NCBI RefSeq assembly: GCF_902652985.1
Contig: NC_047015.1
Span: 16,058,001-16,122,000, forward strand
DNA from: Pecten maximus
Lineage: Eukaryota
Length of the DNA stretch: 64,000 bases
Direction of reading: 5' to 3'
Below, piece by piece: positions 40,162-53,537 of this stretch. A program made the position numbers and the translations under genes. The notes below the pieces were generated by a model, which worked only from the letters and a program-made list of their open reading frames with translations, ran no database searches and had not been told where the DNA came from. Position 1 is the stretch's first letter, and the number at the start of each line of letters is the position of its first letter.

Positions 40162-43100
40162 TTACATACAAGTGTCCCGTTATAATCTCCCTGTCATAGT
40201 CAATAATACTGTTATTACATACAAGTGTCCCGTTATAATCTCCCTGTCACAGTCAATAATACCGTTATTACATACAAGTGTCCCATTATAATCTCCCTGT
40301 CACAGTCAATAATACCATTATTACATACAAGTGTCCCATTATAATCTCCCTGTCACAGTCAATAATACCGTTATTACATACAAGTGTCCTGTTATAATCT
40401 CCCTGTCACAGTCAATAATACCATTATTACATACAAGTGTCCCTGTTATAATCTCCCTGTCACAGTCAATAATACCATTATTACATACAAGTGTCCCATT
40501 ATAATCTCCCTGTCACAGTCAATAATACCATTATTACATACAAGTGTCCCATTATAATCTCCCTGTCACAGTCAATAATACCATTATTACATACAAGTGT
40601 CCCGTTATAATCTCCCTGTCACAATCAATAATACCATTATTACATACAAGTGTCCCGTTATAATCTCCCTGTCACAGTCAATAATACCATTATTACATAC
40701 AAGTGTCCCGTTATAATCTCCCTGTCACAGTCAATAATACCGTTATTACATACAAGTGTCCCGTTATAATCTCCCTGTCACAATCAATAATACCGTTATT
40801 ACATACAAGTGTCTCGTTATAATCTCCCTGTCACAGTCAATAATACCATTATTACATACAAGTGTCCCGTTATAATCTCCCTGTCACAGTTACATACAAG
40901 TGTCCCATTATAATCTCCCTGTCACAATCAATAATACCGTTATTACATACAAGTGTCTCATTATAATCTCCGTCACAGTCAATAATACCATTATTACATA
41001 CAAGTGTCCCATTATAATCTCCCTGTCACAATCAATAATACCATTATTACATACAAGTGTCCCGTTATAATCTCCCTGTCACAGTCAATAATACCATTAT
41101 TACATACAAGTGTCTCGTTATAATCTCCCTGTCACAGTTACATACAAGTGTCCCATTATAATCTCCCTGTCACAGTCAATAATACCGTTATTACATACAA
41201 GTGTCTGGTTATAATCTCCCTGTCACAGTCAATAATACCATTATTACATACAAGTGTCCCATTATAATCTCCCTGTCACAGTTACATACAAGTGTCCTGT
41301 TATAATCTCCCTGTCACAGTCAATAATACCATTATTACATACAAGTGTCCCGTTATAATCTCCCTGTCACAGTTACATACAAGTGTCCCATTATAATCTC
41401 CCTGTCACAATCAATAATACCGTTATTACATACAAGTGTCTCATTATAATCTCCGTCACAGTCAATAATACCATTATTTCATACAAGTGTCCCATTATAA
41501 TCTCCCTGTCACAGTTACATACAAGTGTCACGTTATAATCTCCGTCACAGTCAATAATACCATTATTACATACAAGTGTCCCGTTATAATCTCCCTGTCA
41601 CAGTCAATAATACCGTTATTACATACAAGTGTCCCGTTATAATCTCCCTGTCACAGGCAATAATACCGTTATTACATACAAGTGTCCCGTTATAATCTCC
41701 CTGTCACAGGCAATAATACCGTTATTACATACAAGTGTCCCGTTATAATCTCCCTGTCACAGTCAATAATACCATTATTACATACAAGTGTCCCGTTATA
41801 ATCTCCCTGTCACAGTTACATACAAGTGTCCCATTATAATCTCCCTGTCACAGTCAATAATACCATTATTACATACAAGTGTCCCGTTATAATCTCCCTG
41901 TCACAGTCAATAATACCATTATTACATACAAGTGTCCCGTTATAATCTCCCTGTCACAGTTACATACAAGTGTCCCATTATAATCTCCCTGTCACAATCA
42001 ATAATACCATTATTACATACAAGTGTCTCGTTATAATCTCCCTGTCACAGTCAATAATACCATTATTACATACAAGTGTCCCGTTATAATCTCCCTGTCA
42101 CAGTTACATACAAGTGTCCCGTTATAATCTCCCTGTCACAATCAATAATACTGTTATTACATACAAGTGTCCCGTTATAATCTCCCTGTCACAGGCAATA
42201 ATACCGTTATTACATACAAGTGTCCCGTTATAATCTCCCTGTCACAGGCAATAATACCATTATTACATACAAGTGTCTCGTTATAATCTCCCTGTCACAG
42301 TTACATACAAGTGTCCCGTTATAATCTCCCTGTCACAGGCAATAATACCATTATTACATACAAGTGTCCCATTATAATCTCCCTGTCACAGTTACATACA
42401 AGTGTCCCGTTATAATCTCCCTGTCACAGTCAATAATACCATTATTACATACAAGTGTCTCGTTATAATCTCCCTGTCACAGTTACATACAAGTGTCCCA
42501 TTATAATCTCCCTGTCACAGTCAATAATACCATTATTACATACAAGTGTCCTGTTATAATCTCCCTGTCACAGTTACATACAAGTGTCCCATTATAATCT
42601 CCCTGTCACAATCAATAATACCGTTATTACATACAAGTGTCCTGTTATAATCTCCCTGTCACAGTCAATAATACTGTTATTACATACAAGTGTCAGTTAT
42701 AATCTCCCTGTCACAATCAATAATACCGTTATTACATACAAGTGTCCCGTTATAATCTCCCTGTCACAGTTACATACAAGTGTCCTGTTATAATCTCCCT
42801 GTCACAATCAATAATACTGTTATTACATACAAGTGTCCCGTTATAATCTCCCTGTCACAGGCAATAATACCGTTATTACATACAAGTGTCCCGTTATAAT
42901 CTCCCTGTCACAGTCAATAATACCGTTATTACATACAAGTGTCCCGTTATAATCTCCCTGTCACAGTCAATAATACCATTATTACATACAAGTGTCCCGT
43001 TATAATCTCCCTGTCACAGTCAATAATACCATTATTACATACAAGTGTCTCGTTATAATCTCCCTGTCACAGTTACATACAAGTGTCCCATTATAATCTC

Positions 43101-43253
43101 CCTGTCACAGTCAATAATACCGTTATTACATACAAGTGTCCTGTTATAATCTCCCTGTCACAATCAATAATACCATTATTACATACAAGTGGCTCGTTAT
43201 ATAATCTCCCTGTCACAGTCAATAATACTAGCTGTTATTACATACAAGTGTCC
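40162..43253 (+). repeat. Minisatellite with interleaved 53-bp and 38-bp units
   Basis: TTACATACAAGTGTCCCGTTATAATCTCCCTGTCACAG with or without TCAATAATACCATTA. Confidence 0.98.
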
Positions 43254-44847
43254 TATATATGAGAATAAAAAAGTAATGCCTTGAGATTTAAAAAATGTAA
43301 ATATACACTCTTGTTGAAAAAATGAGTAGGACTACAGGTGAAAAAAGGTGGGAATTCGCCAGGTGGAGGTTTCCCCGTCCACTGTAAATGTCAAGGATAC
43401 TGTCTTGAGTACCTGTGTGCTCTAATTTGCTGTTAGACCTATAGAATAACATCATTTTTTAGGTAGTGAAAACTTCAAACTTTTATTTGATACAAATCTC
43501 ACATCATTTGAACTTCAAATGAGTGATTGAGGGGATGGAGTGAGCATTAATAAGATGTAGTAAAATATTTAGTTGTGTGAGGCCTTTAAGTGTCTTGTTT
43601 TTATCTCCCTGTAACAGGCTGATTCATGTTTACCAGTCAACAGCCACAATCAATATATCTAAATATACTAGGGATGAATAATAATGTGTATAGAAAATGA
43701 GATTAATTTCAATTCTGTTACTGACTGGCACTTAAGGGGCAATATAGAAAATGACTTGTATAATATACAACATATTGTTAGGTTGTTAAATATTGATGTT
43801 AAACTCACATCATTTTACAAAAAATCACAGTGTACTACTTCTCCTCATGCTCAGGAATGTTTGATACATTGTGACATGGAGAATTCACACTTACACTGAA
43901 TTTCTTTATTTTCCCCAGTATTTCAGTGTTTTCTGATACCTAATTAATTGCTACACTTTATCATGATATTACAGTATTGCCATTTCCCCCTAATGTTTCA
44001 GCTTCAGACAACTGCCAAACAGATCTGGAGTTTATAAGAACAAATATGGTGGTTCATGTGTTGCATGTGTGAGTGTTACACCTCCATCAAGGCAGATCTA
44101 CCTTTCTATACATAAACAGGCCTGTCAGTTTATGCATGAAGTATTTGAATTCTATACAATATGAAACAGCTGTTCCTTTCACTTACAGCCATTGTCGTTG
44201 AAAAATCAGTCATATTGAACGTCTGGATCTCCAATCATTCAATTTAAGTGATAAAATCTAGTTGGGAAATATTTAGAAAATAAAATTTTTAAAAAAGGGC
44301 TAGCATGTCTCATTTGCCTATCTTGAAAACAAAATTATTTGATGAAAAATATTAATCTATTGAGAGGAGTGTTAAAGTCTGTGGCTCTCATGGTTTTTAA
44401 GAAAATCAAGCTTAAACATTGACATTTCAGCATATCTATAATGATTATCGTACAAAAATTGATACAATATTGTACATGGTGTTTTATTATCATTGGCAGC
44501 TATCTTATCACCCTCATCTTTGTTGAGTAGTCTGCATTATTTTCCCATGGTGGATACTTTTGGCCAATCTTCAAGTCTAGACAACAATAATTCCAGCATC
44601 AGTGATCATAATGGGAAAACACTACACGGTTGTATAAAGTATAAAGTACAATTACAAATACCAGAAGGTTAGATCGAAAAGTAAGTGTCAGAACGGCTAA
44701 TACTACAGGTCACTTGTTTTCATTATTCTGTTCTAATATATGTTACACTTTCAGATGTTGTAATCAAATAAATGATTGTCCAGTAATTGAAAAAAACTCT
44801 TTAGCATTATAAAAGACTTTTAACTGAGACTTTGGTTTCCTTATATT

Positions 44848-45582
44848 TATTAGCCAACCTTCATCAGATGGTGGACTGATCAGAAATCAACATGGCTGAC
44901 AGGCGGCCATCTTGGATTTTGACAAAAGACCATTTGCACAAGCTGCCATGTCTTATGATTATGAGGGGTGGTTACTCAAATGGCGCTTATTATCATGGTT
45001 CATACTACTATTGATTTTGTCTGCTGACAAGCAATTCAATATAGGTTATGTATATTTTAAACAATGGATATATATAACAATATGGATGCTTAAAAATTAA
45101 CCCTGGATTTAAAAGTTTGATGTCATCTCTTAGACAGTACTGGATAGGTTTTTGTCAGATCTTGTTCACGGGTTCCTCTTTGGTCACTTTGTGTCACTAA
45201 TACATTCTCGAGGTCAAAGCTCAAGGTCATATCCATGTGAGCCCACCATTATCAGATGTACCAGTTGCTGTTGTCTGTCCATAAACAATCCCTCTTAATC
45301 CCTATTTCTTGAAAAGTACTACCTAACATGTAGGTTCCTCTTGGTCCCTTCTTGTGCCCATTCATCTTTGAGTCTGAGCAGGAAAACGAAATGGCTTAAA
45401 AGCAGCCACCATGGATTCTGACAGTTAATTCTGTTTCTTAGACTTCATATGGAGGTTTCCATATGATCAGATGATTTAAAGTATGAGGGGAAAGAAGAAA
45501 AAAGTAGAGAAAAGATCAGTCTTTCATCGCACTGATAAAGATGATTCAATGGTGGGCAATGATCACTCTTGGATCTCTCTTT
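44848..45582 (+). mobile_element. Two decayed HINE-like remnants (44848-44925 and 45240-45582)
   Basis: The 5' motif AGCC(A/C)ACC..ATCAGATG occurs twice. GCCCACCATT (45241-50) is the exact reverse complement of AATGGTGGGC (45548-57), followed by a GATC..GATC terminal stem-loop. Confidence 0.6.
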
Positions 45583-46109
45583 TACTAATCAATTTAATGG
45601 TTGAACTATTTTTGAAATGCTACATGTTCAGTTCTTAATGTATTTCACTAATTGATACAACAGCTTAGTTATATATCAGATCAATGTAATAGTGTACCAA
45701 GGTTCTGCTTTGTTGGACATGCTCTCAACACTGTGTTGTTGTTCCCTTTAGATGCAATACATTGCAAGCCCAAATGTTATTTTTTAATGTATCATCAATG
45801 CCAGAGTCTGCTCTGGCCTGTGAAATATGTAGTCAGGATTTCTTTCAGATTTACATCAGCCTACACTTGCAGATTCTTTATCATGACCTGATTTCAGTAA
45901 TGTGATTTTAGTTTCTCACATGATTTAGATAAAAAATTATGAAAGCAGCTTGAAAGAGAATGACATTTTCGTAATCTGAAGAATAGATGTGACATTATAT
46001 GACACAAACAACAAAGTGTTTCTGTATCCCCAGGACAACACTGTAACCTTTTGTTTAGCAACAACACCCTGTATATATTGACTTTTTTCTCAGCAAAATA
46101 TAACTTAAA

Positions 46110-47276
46110 TTTATGATGGTACAAATCTGTAGTTGAAGATTTGGGGTGGTACAAGTCCTTTGTGGATTAAGTTTATGCTTGTACAAATCCTTTGATGAAG
46201 AGTTATGATGGTACAAATCTGTTGTGGAAGGTTTATGGTGGTACAGATCCTTTGTGGAAAGCTTATGGTGGTACAGATCCTTTGTGGAAGGCTTATGGTG
46301 GTACAAATCCGTTGTGGAAGGCTTATGGTGGTACAAATCCTTTGTGGAAGGTTTATGGTGGTACAAGTCCTTTGTGGAAGGCTTATGGTGATACAAATCC
46401 TTTGTGGAAGGCTTATGGTGGTACAAACCTTTTATGGTGGTACAGATCCTTTGTGGAAGGCTTATGGTGGTACAGATCCTTGGAGCTATGGTACAGATCC
46501 TTTGTGGAAGGCTTATGGTGGTACAGATCCTTTGTAGAAGGTTTATGGTGGTACAAATCCTTTGTGGAAGGTTTATGGTGGTACAAGTCCTTTGTGGAAG
46601 GTTTATGGTGGTACAGATCCTTTGTGGAAGGCTTATGGTGGTACAAACCTTTTATGGTGGTACAGATCCTTTGTGGAAGGTTTATGGTGGTACAAATCCT
46701 TTGTTGAAGGCTTATGGTGGTACAAGTCGTTTGTGGAAGGCTTATGGTGGTACAGATCCTTTGTAGAAGGTTTATGGTGGTACAGATCCTTTGTGGATGG
46801 CTTATGGTGGTACACATCCTTTGTGGAAGGTTTATGCTTTGTTGAAGGCTTATGGTGGTACAAATCCTTTGTGGAAGGCTTATGGTGGTACAAATCCATT
46901 GTGGAAGGCTTATGGTGGTACAGATCCTTTGTTGAAGGCTTATGGTGGTACAGATCCTTTGTAGAAGGTTTATGGTGGTACAGATCCTTTGTTGGAGGCT
47001 TATGGTAGTACAAATCCTTTGTTGAAGGTTTATGGTGGTACAAATCCTTTATGGAAGGTTTATGCTTAGTTGAAGGCTTATGGTGGTACAAATCCTTTGT
47101 GGAAGGTTTGTGATGGTACAGATCCTTTGTTGAAGGTTTATGGTGGTACAGATCCTTTGTGGAAGGTTTATGGTGGTACAGATCCTTTGTGGAAGGTTTA
47201 TGGTGGTACAAATCCTTTGTTGAAGGCTTATGGTGGTACAGATCCTTTGTGGAAGGCTTATGGTGGTACAAATCCT
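46110..47276 (+). repeat. 30-bp minisatellite, ~39 copies
   Basis: Unit TTATGGTGGTACAGATCCTTTGTGGAAGG(C/T); explains the overlapping 10-aa periodic ORFs on both strands. Confidence 0.97.
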
Positions 47277-47324
47277 GTGTTCCTATGTGAAAAATGTATG
47301 GCTGTGTAGCTCCTTTGGGAGACT

Positions 47325-47462
47325 TAATGATGGTATAATGGAGAGAGGAACAGAGCCTCCCCAGTAAAACTAATGGTGGTATATACTATAATGGAGAGAG
47401 GAGCCTCCACAGTAAAATTAATGGTGGTATACTATGGTGGAGAGAAGAGCCTCCACAGTAAA
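47325..47462 (+). repeat. Degenerate three-copy repeat, ~45-50 bp
   Basis: TAATG(G/A)TGGTATA..GGAGAGA..GAGCCTCC(A/C)CAGTAAA occurs three times. Confidence 0.8.
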
Positions 47463-48660
47463 TTTTTCCTTTGTTACTTTTTACATATTCTGCCTTAAAT
47501 GGGTTGAATGTGTAGTTATAACGGTATTATAATGCAAGGTAAATGTGATATAATGGTTCTCGTATTCATTGACTTTTTACTTCCATTAAGTTGATAGTGT
47601 CTTGTGGTTATAACTGACTGGGTCTAACAGCCAGGATTGGAGAAAAGATAACATTGTGTCTTACAGCAATTGTTTGTATCTTTGTCATACACTAAAATAA
47701 AATTTACATAAATAAAATTTACATAGTTAACAGGTGTGTTGCAAAGTGCTAGCTTTGATTCTACATCTTTATAAACTTTCTCCTTTCTTAGAAGATTTGT
47801 AGTGCCAAAAGTTGGTGTGATGATCTGTGATTTACTCATGGAAATCCCCTACACGTTACCTGTACCTGTATGTGTCATTCAGGCGACAGGGGTAGAGGCA
47901 GGCAGACCTAAATCTAATTTTTACATTAATAAAAAATCGGGAGTGAGTTTTGGCGAAAATACAATTTAAATGATTAGATTAATAAATGATTAGATTAATA
48001 AATGATTAGATTAATTTCATAATTTATATAAATATATTGGTAATCAGTGATATGGGGAGCAGTCTGGAAGTGTATTCATAATGGATAAGTTTAAGATCAA
48101 TCTATAATTAAATGTAATACTTTGTTTATAGGTGCATACATGTTTAATGTCCATAACAGTATTGTTGTGTATAAAACATGGTTTGTTTAATAAATCAGTC
48201 GCAGTGCCTGTCGCAGTGAAATACATTTCTGTATTTTGTTTATCCTATAGGGTAATTGAATAGAGAAACAAAGCCATTGTCGATAACAAATTGTGTTTGA
48301 AAGTATGCTGGTATTGTTCTTATGTGTACCTCCGCAGTACCAATTGTAAACATGTTACAACATAACACATTAGTGCCTCCACACTATCTATTTGAAGTGC
48401 AGTAATATATCACTACAGAAATACAGGGAAACTAAAAAGAAAAGAAAAAAATTGGGAAAAGGGAAAAGCTGTGTTACTGAGCCTAATTTGAATGCATAAA
48501 CTATTCAGACTTGACTACATCTGCAATCAGAAGAATTTAAGTATTAACTCATGTTTGACAAATTCTTTATTTTTTTCTGTCCTGTTCCTGATTTCTCAAC
48601 AAAATACCATCAACTAAAGAAAAGAGCATGTAGTTCAGAGATACATTGACATAAATGGAT

Positions 48661-49346
48661 AAATAGAGGTTACACAAAGAGTGGTTGTTGTATATTTTAT
48701 TTCTTTCACTTGACTTAGTTATTTTTCAAAAGTTACAAAAACACAAGCTTTAGCAAGTGTTTTTTGTAACTTTTGAAAAATAACTAACAAGAGTGAAAGG
48801 AACATCATATACAACAACCACAAGTTTGTGTGACCTGTTTCTACCACAACAGAAAAGCTATTCTGAGAATGAAGTGACCTGTTTTGAGTCAGCGTGTGTT
48901 TTTTTCACAGTATCAGGTCTGGTGCATGGATATGACCTAATTTGAAATGCTGCTAATTAATATGCAAAACTAAAGAAATTTGGAAATGTATGGAAATATT
49001 TCAATTCATTACAAATCATTACAAAATAATAAGTAGGTTTATTCTTTCAAAGCAATAAATTGATAAAAATTTATATATTTTCAAGAATATAGCAAAACAA
49101 CTGTGCAAACTACTTCTTATGCGTTATCATTTCCAGGACATTGTGAAGCAGCCTTCAAGTGTCAGGTAATCAAATTGCATAGAACCATGTGATTAAAAAA
49201 TAGTTATGGTCAGAGGTCACTGTGTCAACCAATCAAACCGCATTTAGAATTTATTCCACATGTGGTATAAACTGAATGTTATTCAACAGTTGTAATGATT
49301 ATTTATGCCTTGGGAGTTGAATAACACCCACCTATTGTGGTAGAAA
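48661..49346 (+). mobile_element. Non-autonomous element with a ~180-bp terminal hairpin and an internal motif complementary to the far end
   Basis: Perfect 27-bp stem 48715-41/48761-87, extending imperfectly to 48661/48840. TTTCTACCACAA (48838-49) is the exact reverse complement of TTGTGGTAGAAA (49335-46). Confidence 0.65.
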
Positions 49347-49712
49347 TTGACATCAATGGATAAAGACAGATGAACAACATTGACATCAATGGATAAAGAC
49401 AGATGAACAACATTGACATAAATGGATAAAGACAGATGAACAACATTGACATCAATGGATAAAGACAGATGAACAACATGGACATCAATAGATAATGACA
49501 TGAACAACATTGACATAAATGGATAAAGACATATGAACAACATTGACATCAATGGATAAAGACAGATGAACATCATTGATATCAATAGATAAAGACATGA
49601 ACAACATTGACATCAATGGATAAAGACAGATGAACAACATTGACATCAATGGATAAAGACATGAACAACATTGACATCAATGGATAAAGACAGATGAACA
49701 ACATTGACATAA
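49346..49712 (+). repeat. 33-bp minisatellite, ~11 copies
   Basis: Unit ATTGACATCAATGGATAAAGACAGATGAACAAC. Confidence 0.96.
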
Positions 49713-49812
49713 ATAATTACTGCTTCATTGTGTATTCTGACTTTGATTGCAGAATACCATCTGACATTTTGACCTTTTCACAATAAAACCACTGTTTTAT
49801 AAATTGCAGTTC

Positions 49813-49963
49813 AGTTTCTACTAACTTACATGTAAGGACAATAGATTTTGACAGTATTTACATCTACATGGGGAATTGTAGTGTTCTGTAGTTTCTACTA
49901 ACTTACATGTAAGGACAATAGATTTTGACAGTATTTACATCTACATGGGGAATTGTAGTGTTC
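49813..49963 (+). repeat. Two-copy tandem duplication, period 77
   Basis: AGTTTCTACTAAC..GTAGTGTTC is identical at 49813 and 49890. Confidence 0.93.
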
Positions 49964-51635
49964 ATTAGTAGTGTTTAGACAGAAAATTGAATTCTAATTT
50001 CTCAAAGGTATTAATTTATTGGGTACCTAGGTAAAACAGAAATATGTGTTTCAACATGTGTGTAATAAATCCATCAAGTATGGTATAAATGATCCTTAAA
50101 GCTGTTTGAGGAGGAAAATTGAAAGTAACTGGTTCAGGTATAAGAGGGCAACCTGTCACTTGATACCTGGCCACACCTATTAATCTCAACATATTGGATG
50201 TACAGGTCAGAGGGCAAAGGTCACCTACAGTATCGGATCATAGGTTAGAACTTGATATGAAATAAATTACTAAGGCTGTTGTTCCTGGCTCTGAAGACAA
50301 GCTATATATTATATACCTCAGAACACCTGAGTTTGTACATGATATTACACACAGGCATGTGTCTAGTGTTACTTCCCGTACAACGCTGATAAAGACAACA
50401 ATATTAAGCATACATTTTGGACCAGTGGGGCTGTGTTCAATAAATGGAAGGACTGGATCTGTTTGAAGAAATAAGAAGATATCAAAAATGTTCTATATCT
50501 TCAGCAGTGGTTACCATTATTTTAGTTTTTGAGAAATGTTAAGTGGGAATCCAATAACCTGTTTACTTGAAAGAAATAACCTGGAAGTGTTGCCATGGTC
50601 ATCAAATAGGTGTACTTGATACAATGTAACTTTGTTACTATCTAGCATAGAGGTCATTGACTAAATGAAGGTCATAAACAACTGCCCCATATGTCAACAC
50701 CAGTGTTCTGACCTTGGACTCTTCACCATATATAACGAGACTGTCTATTGTTCCAACAGTCTGCCAGACTATACCTGGCAGGAGTTGAGACAATTGATGT
50801 GGACAGAGTAGGCAGGCAAGGTCTAATAGGTTCATACTGACAATGGTGAACTAGAATAGGCTATTTGAAAAAGGGTGATATATATCTATATCTCAAAAAT
50901 GAATGAAATATGACAAAAACTATGGCTGAATCAAAATAGCAAGTAAAATGTAAAGATAAGTACGAATGATGAGTTTAGAAAAGTGGTAAATATTAATGTG
51001 TAAATAGTGAGGTGTTATCCTGATTAATGTTTTAACAGTGAGGTTAAATTGGAAGTTAATTCTCAATGAGGTAAAGTAATGAGGTTAGTCCTGATAATGG
51101 TTAACAAGCTTTGTGAGGTTAATCTGATAATAATTAGCAATGACATTAAATATTGAGATTAAACTTACAGGAACCAATCCAGGTTCATTTTTCTGCCGTT
51201 AAAGTGTACTTTCTTCTCCTAAAAAAATGTCCAAAATTCCATTTCCTGCCTAGAATTACCCTTATCCTCACTAATCATTGTTCAGTATCACTTATCAGAA
51301 TTTAATCTCTTGTATTAAACTCAATCATTTTATGCTCATTGTGTAATGCAAAAATAATATCACCAAATGCTCCCGTAATGTACCATTTTGCATCTTTTTT
51401 TTTCATACAAATTCCATTGTGGTATGTCCTCTGCCTAGACTCCCCTGACAGTCTTGAATTGGATTTATTCATGCACCTTAGCTCAGTTGTCCCCTTGTTT
51501 GCTCAATTTTTAACTCTATGTATTCCCCTGTATTTCAATAGAAGACTTCTTTCCCTAAACTTAGATTATTCCCTGTCATGGTATTTGTCAAGGATAACAA
51601 TGGGGTTATGTAATGAAGAAGGTTGATACAATGAT

Positions 51636-52413
51636 AAATATTAAGGTCCAGTCATATGTGTGGTTGGTACAGTGGTAAAATGTTAAGGTCCAATCAAATG
51701 TGTGGTTGTTGCAGTGTAAATATTGAGGTCCAATCAAATGTATGGTTGTTGCAGTGTAAATATTGAGGTCCAATCAAAGGTGTGGTTGTTGCAGTGTAAA
51801 TATTGAGGTCCAATCAAAGGTGTGGTTGTTGCAGTGTAAATATTGAGGTCCAATCAAAGGTGTGGTTGTTGCAGTGTAAATATTGAGGTCCAATCAAAGG
51901 TGTAGTTGTTGCAGTGTAAATATTGAGGTCCAATCAAAGGTGTGGTTGTTGTAGTGTAAATATTGAGGTCCAATACAAGGTGTGGTTGTTGCAGTGTAAA
52001 TATTGAGGTCCAATACAATGTGTGGTCGTTGCAGTGTAAATATTGAGGTCCAATACAAGGTGTAGTTGTTGCTGTGTAAATATTGAGGTCCAAGCAAATG
52101 TGTGGTTGTTGCTGTGTAAATATTGAGGTCCAATCAAAGGTGTGGTTGTTGTAGTGTAAATATTGAGGTCCAATCAAAGGTGTGGTTGTTGCAGTGTAAA
52201 TATTGAGGTCCAATCAGATTTGAGGTTGATACCGTGGTAAATATTGCGGTCCAATCAAATTTGAGGTTGATGCAGTGGTAAATATTGAGGTCCAATCAAA
52301 TTTGAGGTTGATGCAGTGGTAAATATTGAGGTCCAATCAAATTTGAGGTTGATGCAATGTTAAATATTAATGTCCAATCAAATAAGAGGTTGATGCAGTG
52401 TTAAATATTGAGG
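51636..52413 (+). repeat. 40-bp minisatellite, ~19 copies, with 41-bp variants at the edges
   Basis: Unit AAATATTGAGGTCCAATCAAAGGTGTGGTTGTTGCAGTGT. Confidence 0.96.
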
Positions 52414-53528
52414 TAAAATAACAGACAGAGCCACTAAAATTGATGCTCAAAGCAGTTGGCTATAATTCAGAATAAAGACATAATAAATTAAACTGCTCTC
52501 TGAGTTTTAATTTCTGGTCTGTCTGTTGTTGATTGTATTATTTTGCTATATGTATACACATCAACATCTGTCGGAACTGAGACAGAAAACTTGAACCTTG
52601 GTTTATTGCTTTCAATTGTGAGAAAGTATGTCTCCTCATCTTCTCTTTTGAAACAATGTGTCAAGTGTCCTGCCAGCAGAGTTCACGTCTGTATATTAAA
52701 TATATGTGCATATTTATATGATTATTGTTGGCAATTAATACTAGCCTCTTATTCGACAAGTGGCCAAGACTGAGCATGCTTTGCAACAGTCAGCCTTGGA
52801 CAGCCAGTCAGTAAAGGGCCTCGTACAAAGTTTAGGGACACTTGTGTAAGACATATTTTAGGGAGAGTGTCATGTCCGCTCATTACTCAGACCCTTAGTC
52901 GGGCCAACCACATGTGACCAGAGGCTAGCGAACTGTTCCTTTGCCCACCCTCAAGATAAATGTCTGTCACATGATCTTTTTGACTCTGACAGGAACACAT
53001 ACCCTCAAGCCATTTTTTGTGTCAGACTTGAATCTGCTTGGCCCAGGTTTGGGAGTTCTATCAGAAAAGGTTTATGCTGATCTGTTGCTGACATATCATC
53101 ACTTTAAGTGGAGGGAGGAAACTGGTGACTTGTGCTGATGTGTCTGTGTTGCTCTTCCTGTACATTGATACAACGAAGGCAACACTCATGTAAGGCAACA
53201 CTCACGTCAGGCATGTGATGTTGGACACTTGTGAAATTTGTCGAATTACGATGGCGTAATATGTGAAGAGGGCTGTCCATGATTAACTTGTATTATGTGA
53301 AGTGTGATTCAGCGGATGTACATACATATACATGAACATATATTTTCTTCGCTTTACGTCTAATTCAGTCCCAGGAGATACCAGTTTTTTGTCAATTGTC
53401 AATATATACGAAAATTTATAGTGAACTGTCAATGTTGTGGATGTACTGACAAATATACCAAGAATTTTTGTTATAAAGATTGATTTGGATAAAGATTAAT
53501 CAAGTTTTGTGCACACTGCTGTCCCGAG

Positions 53529-53537
53529 ATGACTATG
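53529..53537 (+). CDS. Candidate alternative first exon, coding part (MTM)
   Basis: gagATG ACT ATG|GTAAGT, phase 0, at the end of a CpG-retaining patch (~53170-53610) with Inr-like TCAGT at 53366. Confidence 0.4.

Noticed and set aside
46055-47309. Cluster of overlapping ORFs on both strands
   Set aside because: These are translations of the 30-bp repeat; the same applies to ORFs at 18633, 31251, 42584, 49283 and 51854.
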